From contig CAKPDP010000002.1 of NCBI GenBank assembly GCA_934149105.1, positions 49,700 to 113,699 on the forward strand: 64,000 nucleotides of DNA, written 5' to 3'. The notes below the pieces were generated by a model. The model was not told where the DNA came from. It searched no databases and was given only the letters and a program-made list of their open reading frames with translations. Made by a program: the position numbers and the translations under genes. Of this stretch, positions 48,828 through 59,430 are shown in pieces; position 1 is the first letter of the stretch, and the number at the start of each line of letters is the position of its first letter. The stretch comes from an uncultured Bacilli bacterium. GTDB lineage: Bacteria; Bacillota_I; Bacilli_A; RF39; UBA660.

Positions 48828-48965
48828 ATGTATGGATATCCTGGATATGGATATGGAAACTATGGATATGGTAGTGGTTTATGGATAATTATTATAGTAC
48901 TTATTATATTCTTTATTTTGTTCTGGAATAATGGTTCTAATCCTGGACCTAATCCTTGCAGATAA
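48828..48965 (+). CDS. Tiny YjcZ-like glycine/tyrosine-rich single-TM protein (missed by the ORF track)
   Basis: AAAGGAG RBS 9 nt upstream of the ATG; MYGYPGYGYGNYGYGSGLWIIIIVLIIFFILFWNNGSNPGPNPCR. Confidence 0.5.
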   Translation: MYGYPGYGYGNYGYGSGLWIIIIVLIIFFILFWNNGSNPGPNPCR

Positions 48966-49127
48966 GGAGATAGTTTTAAATAAAAAAGAAAAAGAAGGAA
49001 AGCTAAAAGGCAGAAAAATATCTGAATTTCTTCTTTTTCTTTTATACTTCTTCTTTATGTTAAATAATTGGGGTTCAATATTTTTAGAAAGTATAACGGT
49101 ATTTATACCTATATTTTCTAATTTTTG

Positions 49128-49550
49128 TTAATATTTTTGTAAATCATTGAATAATTCAACAAGAAAGGGAGAGATTTTTTCTTTTTTTAAATCCTCTAAG
49201 GTATTAATAAACTTGTATTCAGAGTGTTCTTCTTTTTGTAAAATTATATCTTCTATTGGGGATTTTAATTCACACAAATACACTAGTCTAATAAAAATTA
49301 AATTCTTAGTTTTATCAAAATTACTGTCTTCGTGTATTACTTTAGTTGGTACAATGTCTAAGCCTACTTCTTCTTTGGTTTCTCGAATTACGGCCTCTCT
49401 AGGTAGTTCTCCAAATTCTGCTAGTCCTCCTGGGATATCCCAATATTCTGGATAGGTTGTTTCTTCTTGGGATCTTTTAGTAACTAAATATCCCTTTGGA
49501 GTTTTTATTAAAGTATGAACTATTATTTTGTTACCATTCATTATAATCAC
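49128..49550 (-). CDS. NUDIX hydrolase
   Basis: Nudix box GGLAEFGELPREAVIRETKEEVGL. Confidence 0.75.
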   Translation of the reverse strand: MIIMNGNKIIVHTLIKTPKGYLVTKRSQEETTYPEYWDIPGGLAEFGELPREAVIRETKEEVGLDIVPTKVIHEDSNFDKTKNLIFIRLVYLCELKSPIEDIILQKEEHSEYKFINTLEDLKKEKISPFLVELFNDLQKY

Positions 49551-49765
49551 ACTCCCTATAATTTATTTTATCATAGATATTGCCAATTAAATAAAACGTT
49601 AAATGTAACTTTATTTAATTTAAACAATCATTAAAATAGAACTTACAAGTTGTTAAATATCTCTGTATTATAGAAACTATTATAAACTCTGATTTTTTAT
49701 AATCTTTAAACTTTATCACATATTTGTTGCCATTCTTCATTATTGTAGGAATCTACTAATATGGT

Positions 49766-50217
49766 CTAAATTTGAGGAGTTAATCTTTTTATTATTGCTT
49801 TTCTATCGCTAATTGTAGAATCTGTCCTAAGGCGATTATATTCTCTTTCAACTCTTTTATTGAAATCTGCATCTATAAATAATACTCCCAAATTATCTCC
49901 TAACTTTGAATACAAATATTTAATAGTTTTTATACCATACATAGTATCCATAATTACGATTTCTTTATCACCTGACATCTCGTCGTCTTTGACAATATAT
50001 CTATCCCACAAACTTTCAAAATTATTTTCAAATTCATAATCATACCATTCTTGAAATCCCTTTGATGATCTAGAATCTTTATATACTTCAGGAAATATAT
50101 TTCTGATTTTTAGATGTTTTATTTTATCGCCATAATTTTCTGAAAGATAATTAATTCCCCCACTTTTTCCTGACTCAGAAGATCCAGTAACAAATATAAA
50201 TTTTTTTATTTTCTTAA
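49766..50217 (-). CDS. P-loop NTPase/kinase-like protein with no canonical start codon (ATA at the expected ATG position)
   Basis: The frame is continuous from the internal Met of the ORF track upstream through FVTGSSESGKSGG (Walker A) to IKKIKKF; the only RBS (AGGAATT) sits before an ATA codon next to a 7-nt homopolymer. Confidence 0.4.
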
Positions 50218-50360
50218 TTCCTTTCTTATTATATTAATAGGATGTTTTTTTAATGTTTTAACATCCTCATTGATAAAAATTTGACTTTCAAGTTTTTATT
50301 TTGCTTATAAATATTTTATCTTATTAAAGAAATTGGTCAATGTCTTTTATTTTGAACAAA

Positions 50361-50396
50361 AAAATCAGTTCAAGGAATGAACTGATTTCTAGGTCC
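50361..50396 (-). terminator. Terminator hairpin (atcagttca/tgaactgat) plus T7 run after tRNA-Thr
   Basis: 9 bp stem followed by a T-tract on the minus strand, about 90 nt downstream of the tRNA. Confidence 0.5.
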
Positions 50397-50484
50397 AGCA
50401 GGATTCGAAGAACTCCAATTTCTTTTAGGAATTGATATTTTCTATATTAAATCCAAGACTATAAAAGTCTGGACTATTCATCTA

Positions 50485-50560
50485 TGGTGCTGGAGACAGG
50501 ATTTGAACCTGCGACCTACGCGTTACGAGTGCGTTGCTCTACCAACTAAGCTACTCCAGC
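50485..50560 (-). tRNA. tRNA-Thr (anticodon CGT)
   Basis: Reverse complement GCTGGAGTAGCTTAGTTGGTAGAGCAACGCACTCGTAACGCGTAGGTCGCAGGTTCAAATCCTGTCTCCAGCACCA; perfect 7 bp acceptor stem; anticodon loop CTCGTAA. Confidence 0.85.
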
Positions 50561-50718
50561 TTTTCTACTTTTCAGCTTTTCAAACATCAACATTTTGGAA
50601 TGTTTGATAAGATAATTTTAGCACAAGCAAAGAAAAATAGAAAGAGTTTTTCTCTAAATAATTAAATTATTACATAGATAGATATGTAACGATAAGAAGA
50701 TATTAAAAGAAGTTGCAA

Positions 50719-51288
50719 CTAAACAAACATATACTTTTTTCTGTTAGTTGTAACTTCTTCTTTTTCTACATTATTGTCGTAACCTTCTTTTAGGCAAACT
50801 TGATTTTTAGATAAACTTTTAGGAACATCAATTACTCTTTGATTTTTAGAGCCCCTAAATTTTACATCAAAACTTTTTTCTTTAAGAATAAATTTACCAT
50901 CAATTAGAACATCAATATTTGATAGTAAATCCATTATTTCTGGCTTGTTTTTAGATAATTTTAATAATTCTTCATAAGTAAAGCCCGTATAACACCAAAC
51001 ATTGAGACCTATTTCATGACAATACCTAGCTATTTCAGCACATTCTTTAGCTTGAAACATAGGATCACCACCGGATAAAGTTATTCCATCTTGGCCTTCT
51101 AAAGATTTTATTTTATCTTTTATTTTGTCAACATCAACAAGGTAGCCAGCGGTAAAGGAATGGGTAGTAGGATTATGACAACCTTCACAATTATGGGAAC
51201 ATCCTTGCGTCCAAATAACACTTCTTATTCCTTCACCGTCGACAACACTATCTCTTTGAATATCGGTAGTGGCTAATCTTATTTGCAT
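50719..51288 (-). CDS. nrdG: Anaerobic ribonucleoside-triphosphate reductase activating protein (radical SAM)
   Basis: CSHNCEGCHNP CxxxCxxC cluster motif; position directly downstream of nrdD. Confidence 0.85.
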   Translation of the reverse strand: MQIRLATTDIQRDSVVDGEGIRSVIWTQGCSHNCEGCHNPTTHSFTAGYLVDVDKIKDKIKSLEGQDGITLSGGDPMFQAKECAEIARYCHEIGLNVWCYTGFTYEELLKLSKNKPEIMDLLSNIDVLIDGKFILKEKSFDVKFRGSKNQRVIDVPKSLSKNQVCLKEGYDNNVEKEEVTTNRKKYMFV

Positions 51289-51461
51289 TATTTTTCAATA
51301 ATTCCTTCAAGGCCGTGTTTTACTCTATCTCTTTCTTCGGCTCTTTTTCCGTTGTTGAATTTATCAACAGTTCCTACTAGGTAACCAGTTATTCTTCTTA
51401 TTCTTTCAAAACCTACTCCCTCACCTATTTTCTTTTCTTCTTTAAAACTTTCTTCACGCAT
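51288..51461 (-). CDS. Separate small ORF carrying the NrdD C-terminal glycyl-radical motif
   Basis: RIRRITGYLVGTVDKFNNGKRAEERDRVKH matches the class III RNR glycyl radical region RVCGYLG...NxGKxxEV..RVKH; AAAGGAGAG RBS 7 nt before the internal ATG (MREESF). Confidence 0.5.
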   Translation of the reverse strand: MREESFKEEKKIGEGVGFERIRRITGYLVGTVDKFNNGKRAEERDRVKHGLEGIIEK

Positions 51462-51493
51462 TTTTATCTCTCCTTTTAACACTTTTATTTATA

Positions 51494-53782
51494 TTATTGA
51501 CATTTACATTCATTATATTTTTCAACGGTTATTCCTTCTCCAGTATGACGACCACAGCCTGGACAAACATCGCCAATTACTCCTACATATCCACAAACAG
51601 GATCTCTATCAACTGGATGGTTAATTGCACAATAACCCATGTTGTTTTCTTTCATAATTCTTACTATCTTTTCAAAAGCTTCTAAGTTATTAGTTGTATC
51701 TCCATCTAATTCAATATAACTAATATGACCGGCATTAGTTAATTCATGATATGGAGCTTCTTTTTTAATCTTATTGACAATAGAAATATTGTAGTAGACA
51801 GGGACATGGAAAGAATTTGTATAGTAAGCTCTATCTGTTACACCTTTAATTTTGCCATAGATTGCTTTGTCTAATCCAGTGAAACGGCCCGATAAACCTT
51901 CGGCTGGAGTAGCTAGACAAGTAAAGTTTAGGTTATATTTTTCAGAATATTCATCACATCTAGTACGCATAAATTTGATTATTTTTAAACCTAGTTCTTG
52001 GGCTTCATCACTTTCACCATGATGTTTACCAATCAAGGCTTTTAGACATTCAGCTAGGCCAATGAAACCAATACTTAAAGTTCCATGTTTTAAGACTTTT
52101 CTCAATCTATCAGTTGGTTTTAATTTTTCACTATCAATCCAAACCCCTTGTTCTAATAAGAAAGGAAAATTATAAGTTCTTTTATTGCATTGGATTTCAA
52201 ATCTTTCTAATAATTGATCTTTTACTAAATCCATTAAATCAGATAATTCCTCAAAAAAGCCATCTAAATCTGTCTTATCATTGGTAACAATACCATGTTT
52301 TATTCCTAATCTTACTAAGTTAATAGTAGTGAAAGATAAATTTCCACGTCCAGGTGTTACAGCTTTATTAGGATCAACTACATTTCCCATTACTCTAGTA
52401 CGGCAGCCCATATAGCATACTTCAGTATTATAGTCGCCTTTATAATATTGTTTATTGAAAGGAGCATCCATGAAAGAAAAGTTAGGGAATAATCTCTTAG
52501 CAGATACTTTGCAAGATAATTTAAATAAATCATAGTTAGGATCCCCTGGATTATAATTAGTTCCTTCTTTTACTTTAAAAATAGAAATTGGGAAAATTGG
52601 AGTTTCATGATGTCCCAAACCATTATCTAAGGCTAAAAGATAATTTTTCATAACCATTCTTCCTTCTGGAGAAGTATCAGTTCCAAAGTTTATAGATGAA
52701 AATGGAACTTGGGCTCCTGCTCTAGAATGCATAGTATTTAGATTATGAATAAAAGCTTCCATAGCTTGATAAGTATCACGATTAGTCTTAGCCATAGCAG
52801 TATCATATGATTTAGTGAAAATCTTTTTTAATTCACCATTTTCTTTATAAAAACTTTCAAATTTTGAGATATCAAATTCAATACTTGTTAATTTATCGAC
52901 TTCTTTGGCAACTTTATCCATATTAACAAAATCAATAAATTCTGTAAAATCTAATAGTTCATAAATAGCTTGTTTGAATTGCTTTTTGAAGGTTTTTAAG
53001 ACACCCGGTGCTAAGTAATAATCAAAGGCTGGTATACTTTGACCACCATGTTGATCATTTTGGTTGGATTGAATTGCTATAGCGGCTAAGGCACTGTAAG
53101 AGGTTATAGAATTTGGTTCTCTTAGGTGACCATGTCCGGTAGAAAAACCACCTTTAAATAATTTATTTAAATCTATTTGCATACAAGTAGTTGTTCCCAT
53201 TGGCATAAAATCCATATCATGAATATGAATATCACCATCATCGTGTGCATCAGCAAATTTCTTTTTCATTAGATAATCTTTAGAAAACTCACGAGAAACA
53301 GTTGAACCATATTGAAGCATAGTTCCCATAGCAGAATTTCCATCAATGTTAGCATTTTCTCTTTTGGCATCTTCTTCAATTGCCGATTTCATTCCTAAGT
53401 TTTCTAGTGATTTTAAGAATTTATGCATTCTTTTTTCATCTGCAAAAACTAATCTAGATTGAGCTCTTCTTTCACGATATTCAGAAAAAGATTTGAAAAC
53501 ATCTTCATATTTTCCTTTTAATAAAGCATCTTCAATTAAATCTTGAATTTCTTCTATTTTTATTTTTTCGGCATCCTTATAATCTTTTTCTATTCTTTTT
53601 AAAACAGTTTGGTAAACTTTTTGAATATCTTTTTCACTGTATTTATTAATTTCACTTTCAGTATTTTCAACACTATCAAAGCCTTTTTTAATAGCCATAG
53701 CTATTTTAGCTCCATCAAAATCTACTTTTCTTCCATTTCGTTTTACTACTTTTAATGTAGTTATTTCTTCTATATTTATCAT
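51494..53782 (-). CDS. nrdD: Anaerobic ribonucleoside-triphosphate reductase catalytic subunit (class III), ending just after the zinc ribbon
   Basis: N-terminal ATP-cone VVKRNGRKVDFDGAKIAMAIKK; core class III RNR; C-terminal CGYVGVIGDVCPGCG Zn ribbon; stops before the glycyl-radical segment. Confidence 0.9.
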   Translation of the reverse strand: MINIEEITTLKVVKRNGRKVDFDGAKIAMAIKKGFDSVENTESEINKYSEKDIQKVYQTVLKRIEKDYKDAEKIKIEEIQDLIEDALLKGKYEDVFKSFSEYRERRAQSRLVFADEKRMHKFLKSLENLGMKSAIEEDAKRENANIDGNSAMGTMLQYGSTVSREFSKDYLMKKKFADAHDDGDIHIHDMDFMPMGTTTCMQIDLNKLFKGGFSTGHGHLREPNSITSYSALAAIAIQSNQNDQHGGQSIPAFDYYLAPGVLKTFKKQFKQAIYELLDFTEFIDFVNMDKVAKEVDKLTSIEFDISKFESFYKENGELKKIFTKSYDTAMAKTNRDTYQAMEAFIHNLNTMHSRAGAQVPFSSINFGTDTSPEGRMVMKNYLLALDNGLGHHETPIFPISIFKVKEGTNYNPGDPNYDLFKLSCKVSAKRLFPNFSFMDAPFNKQYYKGDYNTEVCYMGCRTRVMGNVVDPNKAVTPGRGNLSFTTINLVRLGIKHGIVTNDKTDLDGFFEELSDLMDLVKDQLLERFEIQCNKRTYNFPFLLEQGVWIDSEKLKPTDRLRKVLKHGTLSIGFIGLAECLKALIGKHHGESDEAQELGLKIIKFMRTRCDEYSEKYNLNFTCLATPAEGLSGRFTGLDKAIYGKIKGVTDRAYYTNSFHVPVYYNISIVNKIKKEAPYHELTNAGHISYIELDGDTTNNLEAFEKIVRIMKENNMGYCAINHPVDRDPVCGYVGVIGDVCPGCGRHTGEGITVEKYNECKCQ

Positions 53783-54228
53783 TTTACACTCCTCTACTAA
53801 ATTTCTGATTTAATTATAACATCTGAAATATAAAAGTCAATACTTTTTGTTCGCTTTTATCTTTTTTACTTTTGATTTTTTAAGCTTTTTTTAATAAAAT
53901 GACAATCCCTTATTTTTAAAGGATCGCCATTTTTAAAATGTTTTTTCAATAATTATCAGAGAGAGTATTTTGGAGTTATTCCTTTATTTTATATGGTTTT
54001 ATCATTATTTACATCAATTTTACAGTCTGAATATTTTAGGAGTAATTTTGAATTTTAGAAAAATTATAAATTTTAAAAATAATATTTTTTAAATAATTTT
54101 ATTTTGATGATAGTGTTCGCTTTTTGATAATATTTCACTAGTTAATTATATTGGATAAAGCCTCTATATTAACATTATTTTCTAAGATTAAACTAGAGGT
54201 TTTTTCGAACAGGAAGAAAAAAAGGTTA

Positions 54229-54283
54229 GAAAGGAAAAAAAGAAGAAGCCAATATTATCTGGAGACTTCTTCTTTATACAGTT
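54229..54283 (-). terminator. Terminator hairpin (aaagaagaag/cttcttcttt) overlapping the pflA stop codon, with a T-run
   Basis: 10 bp inverted repeat around the stop codon, followed by T7 on the minus strand. Confidence 0.5.
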
Positions 54284-54983
54284 TCATAAAACTAGCAAAT
54301 AATTTATCACATTCTTCTTTATCCATGGCCGGTAAATTTTTATAGCAATAGTCTAGTCCTAATTTTTTATACTTTTCAACCCCAAGGGTATGGTATGGGA
54401 GAAAAGTTATATTTTCAATATTTTTTATTTGTTTTAAGAATTTAGCTAAGCCTTGGATATAGGTATTATTATCCATTTGACCTGGAACAATTACTTGCCT
54501 TATCCAAACTTTTTTACCAGATCTATTTAAAGCTTCAATAAACTTTAGACTTTCATCCATGGTATGAGAAGTTAGATCTAGATAAGCTTCTTTGGTTATT
54601 TGTTTGATATCAAAGAGAACGAGATCAACATATTTTAGTATTTCATCATAATTACCAGTTCCAACACCACAGGTATCTAAGGCAATATGAATATTTTCTT
54701 GTTTTAAGATTTTAGATGTTTCAATAATAAATTCACTTTGGAGTAGTGGCTCACCCCCTGAGAAGGTTACTCCCCCACTATTTCTTGTAAAATAAGGTTT
54801 GTTACGAATTATCTTTTTAGCTAATTCTTCGGGAGTGGTATTAAGTTCTTGAAGATGCCACATTTCAGGGTTATGGCAATATTTACATCTTAATTGGCAG
54901 CCATTTAGGAAAACAACAGTGCGAATCCCTGGACCATCAACAAGTCCAAAGGATTCAATAGAATTAACAGAACCTTTAGTCAT
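54255..54983 (-). CDS. pflA: Pyruvate formate-lyase activating enzyme
   Basis: CQLRCKYCHNPE radical-SAM motif; 242 aa; immediately downstream of pflB. Confidence 0.9.
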   Translation of the reverse strand: MTKGSVNSIESFGLVDGPGIRTVVFLNGCQLRCKYCHNPEMWHLQELNTTPEELAKKIIRNKPYFTRNSGGVTFSGGEPLLQSEFIIETSKILKQENIHIALDTCGVGTGNYDEILKYVDLVLFDIKQITKEAYLDLTSHTMDESLKFIEALNRSGKKVWIRQVIVPGQMDNNTYIQGLAKFLKQIKNIENITFLPYHTLGVEKYKKLGLDYCYKNLPAMDKEECDKLFASFMKLYKEEVSR

Positions 54984-57220
54984 TACATTTTATCATGGAA
55001 GGTTCTAGAAATTACTTCTTCTTGTTGTTTTCTAGTTAATTTATTAAATCTTACAGCATAACCTGATACTCTTATAGTTAATAATGGATATTTATCAGGA
55101 TTATTCATAGCGTCAATTAACACTTCACGATTTAAAACATTGACATTTAGGTGGTGTGCTCCCTGAACAAAGTAACCATCTAGTAAAGAAACTAAATTTT
55201 CTATTTGTTGTGATTTATCAGTTCCTAAAGAATTTGGTACTATGGAGAAGGTGTTGGAAATACCATCTTTGCAGCAACTACCATATTCTAATTTAGCTAC
55301 GGAATTTAATGAGGCAATGGCACCACTTTCATCTCTTCCATGCATTGGATTAGCACCAGGAGCGAAAGGAACACCAGCTTTTCTGCCATCAGGAGTACTA
55401 CCAGTTTTAGCTCCATATACGACATTAGAAGTAATCGTTAATACAGATAGAGTTGTTTCGGCATTTCGATAAGTTTTATGACTTTTTAGAGCTGTAAAGA
55501 TTTTTTCAAGGATTTCTTTAGCAATATCGTCTACTCTATCATCATCATTACCATATTTAGGGAAGTCACCTTCAATTTCAAAATCAATGGCCATGCCTTC
55601 TTCATTACGAATAGGTTTTACTTTAGCATATTTAATAGCGGATAAGGAATCACAGGCTACAGAAAGGCCTGCTACTCCGTAAGCCATATATCTATGAACA
55701 TCAGTATCATGTAAAGCCATTTGACCAGCTTCATAAGCATATTTATCATGCATATAGTGAATTATATTCATGGCGTCACTATAAACTTTAGCTACTTTAT
55801 CCAGAACATTAAAGTAAGCTTTTTTAACGGTTTCATAATCTAAATACTCATCAGTTATTTTAGGAACATTATCAAAAACTTTAACATTTTTCATTTCATC
55901 GATACCACCATTAATGGCATATAATAATGATTTAGCAAGATTACAACGTGCTCCAAAGAATTGCATATCTTTACCAATACGCATAGCTGAAACACAGCAC
56001 GCTATGGCATAATCATTACCATATATTGGACGCATAATATCATCATTTTCATATTGAATAGCATCAGTATCGATAGACATTTTAGCACAATATTTCTTCC
56101 AATTTTCTGGTAATTTAGTACTCCAAAGGATAGTCATATTAGGTTCTGGGGAAGTATTTAAATTAGTTAGAGTATTGACAATACGATAAGATGTTTTGGT
56201 TACCATATTTTTACCAGACTCAGATATTCCTCCTAGGGAACAAGTAACCCAAGTAGGATCTCCTGTAAATAATTCATCATATTCAGGAGTTCTTAGATGT
56301 CTAACCATACGTAATTTAATAACAAAATTATCGATCATTTCTTGAGCTTCAGCTTCGGTTATTAAACCAGCTTCTAGATCTCTAGTGATATAAATATCAA
56401 AGAAATCATCGACACGACCTAGACTCATAGCGGCTCCATTATTTTCTTTTACGGCTGCTAAGTAAGCAAAATAAGTCCATTGAATAGCTTCTTTAGCAGT
56501 AGTAGCGGGTTTACTAATATCAAAGCCATACTTACTAGCCATTTTCTTTATTTCATCTAGGGCTCTATATTGCATAGATATTTCTTCACGGATACGAATT
56601 AATTCTTCAGACATATCACCATTAGATTGATAGCCATATTCCCATTCATTTTTTTTCTGTTCCATTAAGTAATCAATACCATATAAGGCTACACGACGAT
56701 AGTCACCAATAATTCTACCACGGCCGTAGGCATCTGGTAATCCTGTTAATAGACCAACATGTCTAGCAGTTCTAATTTCTTTAGTATAAGCATCAAAAAC
56801 ACCTTGGTTATGAGTCTTTCTAAAAGCATTAAAATATTTATCAACTTCAGGATTCATTTTATAGCCATAAGCATCTAATTCTTGGTAAACCATTCTAATA
56901 CCACCATAAGGGTTAATTATTCTTTTAAAGGGAGCATCAGTCTGTAAACCAACAATTACATCATCATCTTCACAGATATAACCTGGTTCAAAATTATTAA
57001 TACCAGACATGTTATCGACATCAATATCTAAAACATGTTTTTTAGCTTCTTCTTGATATAATTCTTCATATTTGTCGGCAATTTTCTTAGTTTTAGCAGT
57101 TGGTCCTACTAAAAATGTTTCATCACCTTCATAAGGAGTATAGTTTTTCATAATGAAATCTTTAACATTAATTTCATTACACCATTCTCCTTCTGTAAAA
57201 TTTTTCCATTCTTCTCTCAT
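54983..57220 (-). CDS. pflB: Formate C-acetyltransferase (pyruvate formate-lyase)
   Basis: 745 aa; C-terminal glycyl radical motif RVSGYAV; active-site CC dyad ([12 protein letters not shown]). Confidence 0.95.
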   Translation of the reverse strand: MREEWKNFTEGEWCNEINVKDFIMKNYTPYEGDETFLVGPTAKTKKIADKYEELYQEEAKKHVLDIDVDNMSGINNFEPGYICEDDDVIVGLQTDAPFKRIINPYGGIRMVYQELDAYGYKMNPEVDKYFNAFRKTHNQGVFDAYTKEIRTARHVGLLTGLPDAYGRGRIIGDYRRVALYGIDYLMEQKKNEWEYGYQSNGDMSEELIRIREEISMQYRALDEIKKMASKYGFDISKPATTAKEAIQWTYFAYLAAVKENNGAAMSLGRVDDFFDIYITRDLEAGLITEAEAQEMIDNFVIKLRMVRHLRTPEYDELFTGDPTWVTCSLGGISESGKNMVTKTSYRIVNTLTNLNTSPEPNMTILWSTKLPENWKKYCAKMSIDTDAIQYENDDIMRPIYGNDYAIACCVSAMRIGKDMQFFGARCNLAKSLLYAINGGIDEMKNVKVFDNVPKITDEYLDYETVKKAYFNVLDKVAKVYSDAMNIIHYMHDKYAYEAGQMALHDTDVHRYMAYGVAGLSVACDSLSAIKYAKVKPIRNEEGMAIDFEIEGDFPKYGNDDDRVDDIAKEILEKIFTALKSHKTYRNAETTLSVLTITSNVVYGAKTGSTPDGRKAGVPFAPGANPMHGRDESGAIASLNSVAKLEYGSCCKDGISNTFSIVPNSLGTDKSQQIENLVSLLDGYFVQGAHHLNVNVLNREVLIDAMNNPDKYPLLTIRVSGYAVRFNKLTRKQQEEVISRTFHDKM

Positions 57221-57440
57221 TATCTTACCTCCATTATTAATTTTAACACTTTGATTTTTTTAATTCAATAAAATTATACTAATAGTTTTCTTGTTTCCTT
57301 AGATGTGTAAAATAGAGGCGAAGAAAGAGAGAAATGGAAATTCATCTAGAAAAAACTTCCATCTCTAATTGATACTTAGAGGTGGAAGTTTGATAACTTT
57401 TTCTATTTTAAGATTATATAGTCCTTTAATCTAATGATTT

Positions 57441-58664
57441 TCAATAATTTAAAGGAAATTTAGCAGTAAGATCTAAAACTTGAGTTTGAAGCTCTTTTAA
57501 TTTAGCTTCATTGTCAATATTCTTTAAAGCAGCGACAATAATATGGCCTATTTGTTCAAATTCTGGTTCTTTTAAACCTCTAGTAGTCATGGCAGGGCTA
57601 CCTAAACGAATACCACTAGTTTTAAATGGTGACTCTTCGTCAAAAGGAATGGTATTTTTATTGACAGTTATATTTATTTTATCTAATACTTGTTCTGCAT
57701 CTTTTCCAGTTATATTGAAAGTTGACTTGACATCTACTAAAAGAAGATGATTATCTGTTCCTCCAGTTACGACTCTTAGTCCTTCTTTGGTTAAGACGTT
57801 AGCTAGGGCTTGAGAATTTTTTAGCACTTGCTCTTGATATTGCTTAAAGCTTGGTTGAAGGGCTTCATAGAAGCATTGAGCCTTAGCGGCGATAACATGC
57901 ATTAAAGGGCCGCCTTGAATACCAGGGAAAATAGTTTTATTTATTTTCTTGGCTATTTCTTCATTGTTAGTTAAAATAATTCCACCGCGAGGTCCACGAA
58001 GAGTTTTGTGGGTTGTCGATGTTACAACGTCGGCATAAGGAATTGGAGAAGGATGAAGGCCAGTGGCAACTAAGCCAGCAATGTGAGCCATATCAACCAT
58101 TAAATAGGCTCCGCACTTATCAGCGATGTCTCTAAATCTTTTAAAATCAATTATTCTAGAGTAAGCACTGCCACCAGCGATTATCATCTTAGGTTTTTCT
58201 TTCATGGCTAAAGCTTCCAATTCATCATAGTCAATCATTTCTGTATCTTTATTAACATTATAGCTTACAATATCATATTCTAAGCCACTAAAATTAATGG
58301 GATGGCCATGAGTAAGATGACCACCATGACTTAGGTTCATACCCATTACTTTATCTTTATGTTGTAATAAAGCTTTATAAACGGCCATGTTAGCACTACT
58401 TCCACTATGAGGTTGAACATTAGCATATTGGCAATTAAATAATTGGCAAACATACTTTATAGCAAGATTTTCAAAAATATCTATGTATTGGCAGCCTCCA
58501 TAATATCTTTTTCCTGGATAGCCTTCGGCATATTTGTTGGTAAGAATACTTCCTTGAAGTTGTAAAATACTTTTAGAGACGTAATTCTCACTTGCGATTA
58601 ATTCAATATTATTTTGTTGTCTTTGAGTTTCTAATTCTAAGGCTTTTTCTAATTCTTTGTCCAT
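57441..58664 (-). CDS. glyA: Serine hydroxymethyltransferase
   Basis: PLP-lysine motif [13 protein letters not shown]; 407 aa. Confidence 0.95.
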   Translation of the reverse strand: MDKELEKALELETQRQQNNIELIASENYVSKSILQLQGSILTNKYAEGYPGKRYYGGCQYIDIFENLAIKYVCQLFNCQYANVQPHSGSSANMAVYKALLQHKDKVMGMNLSHGGHLTHGHPINFSGLEYDIVSYNVNKDTEMIDYDELEALAMKEKPKMIIAGGSAYSRIIDFKRFRDIADKCGAYLMVDMAHIAGLVATGLHPSPIPYADVVTSTTHKTLRGPRGGIILTNNEEIAKKINKTIFPGIQGGPLMHVIAAKAQCFYEALQPSFKQYQEQVLKNSQALANVLTKEGLRVVTGGTDNHLLLVDVKSTFNITGKDAEQVLDKINITVNKNTIPFDEESPFKTSGIRLGSPAMTTRGLKEPEFEQIGHIIVAALKNIDNEAKLKELQTQVLDLTAKFPLNY

Positions 58665-58773
58665 TATGTTATCCTCCTTTTCAGGATAGCTAAATAATAA
58701 AAAAGAAGTGGCCTATAGACCACTTTCCTCTTATATAAATAATACTCTATTGTTCAATTAGAGTTAAATTCAC

Positions 58774-58847
58774 TGGCAGGGGATGAGAGAATCGAACTCC
58801 CAACAGTGGTTTTGGAGACCATTATTATACCATTTAACTAATCCCCT
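58774..58847 (-). tRNA. tRNA-Trp (anticodon CCA)
   Basis: Reverse complement AGGGGATTAGTTAAATGGTATAATAATGGTCTCCAAAACCACTGTTGGGAGTTCGATTCTCTCATCCCCTGCCA; perfect acceptor stem; anticodon loop CTCCAAA. Confidence 0.85.
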
Positions 58848-58947
58848 AATAAATAGAACAATTATAATTTATCATAAATCAAGAAAAAATTCAACCATTT
58901 TTTAGAATTATTGTAAATTTATGCATATATTATAATGGTGATATAAG

Positions 58948-59376
58948 ATGGGAGTTGTTAAATATACGGATAAAGAGCTTCAACTTTTAGCACGTTTAAT
59001 GCGTGCTGAGGCGGTGGGAGAAGGAAACTTAGGAATGTTAATGGTGGGAAATGTGGGAATTAATAGAGTTTTAGCAGATTGTTTAGTATTTAAAGATATT
59101 AATTCTATTTCACAAATGATCTTTCAAAATCCGGGAGGTTTTTCTGGAACGTCTAGTAGTCTATTTTATGGAAATCCTACGGAAAAAGAAAGAAATTTGG
59201 CAACGAGAGTTATAAGGGGGGAATATTATCATCCCGCTACTAATGCTTTATGGTTTTATGCTCCCACTAGTGGAGATAGTTGTAAGAGTACTTGGTGGGA
59301 GCAAGATTTTGCGGGAAGATATAAAAATCATTGTTTTTACAAGCCAAAAGCTAATGTATGTAAGAAACTTCATTAA
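58948..59376 (+). CDS. SleB/CwlJ-family cell-wall hydrolase (Hydrolase_2 domain)
   Basis: LLARLMRAEAVGEG ... GNVGINRV matches the spore-cortex-lytic enzyme catalytic domain. Confidence 0.65.
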   Translation: MGVVKYTDKELQLLARLMRAEAVGEGNLGMLMVGNVGINRVLADCLVFKDINSISQMIFQNPGGFSGTSSSLFYGNPTEKERNLATRVIRGEYYHPATNALWFYAPTSGDSCKSTWWEQDFAGRYKNHCFYKPKANVCKKLH

Positions 59377-59430
59377 CTAGCAGTATATATTGAACTATTT
59401 AGGACTTTTTATTATATAATAGAGGCAAAT

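Noticed and set aside
48931-49131. 66-aa plus-strand ORF
   Set aside because: It starts inside the tiny YjcZ-like gene's 3' end, has no RBS, and its F/L-rich composition is typical of AT-rich noise.
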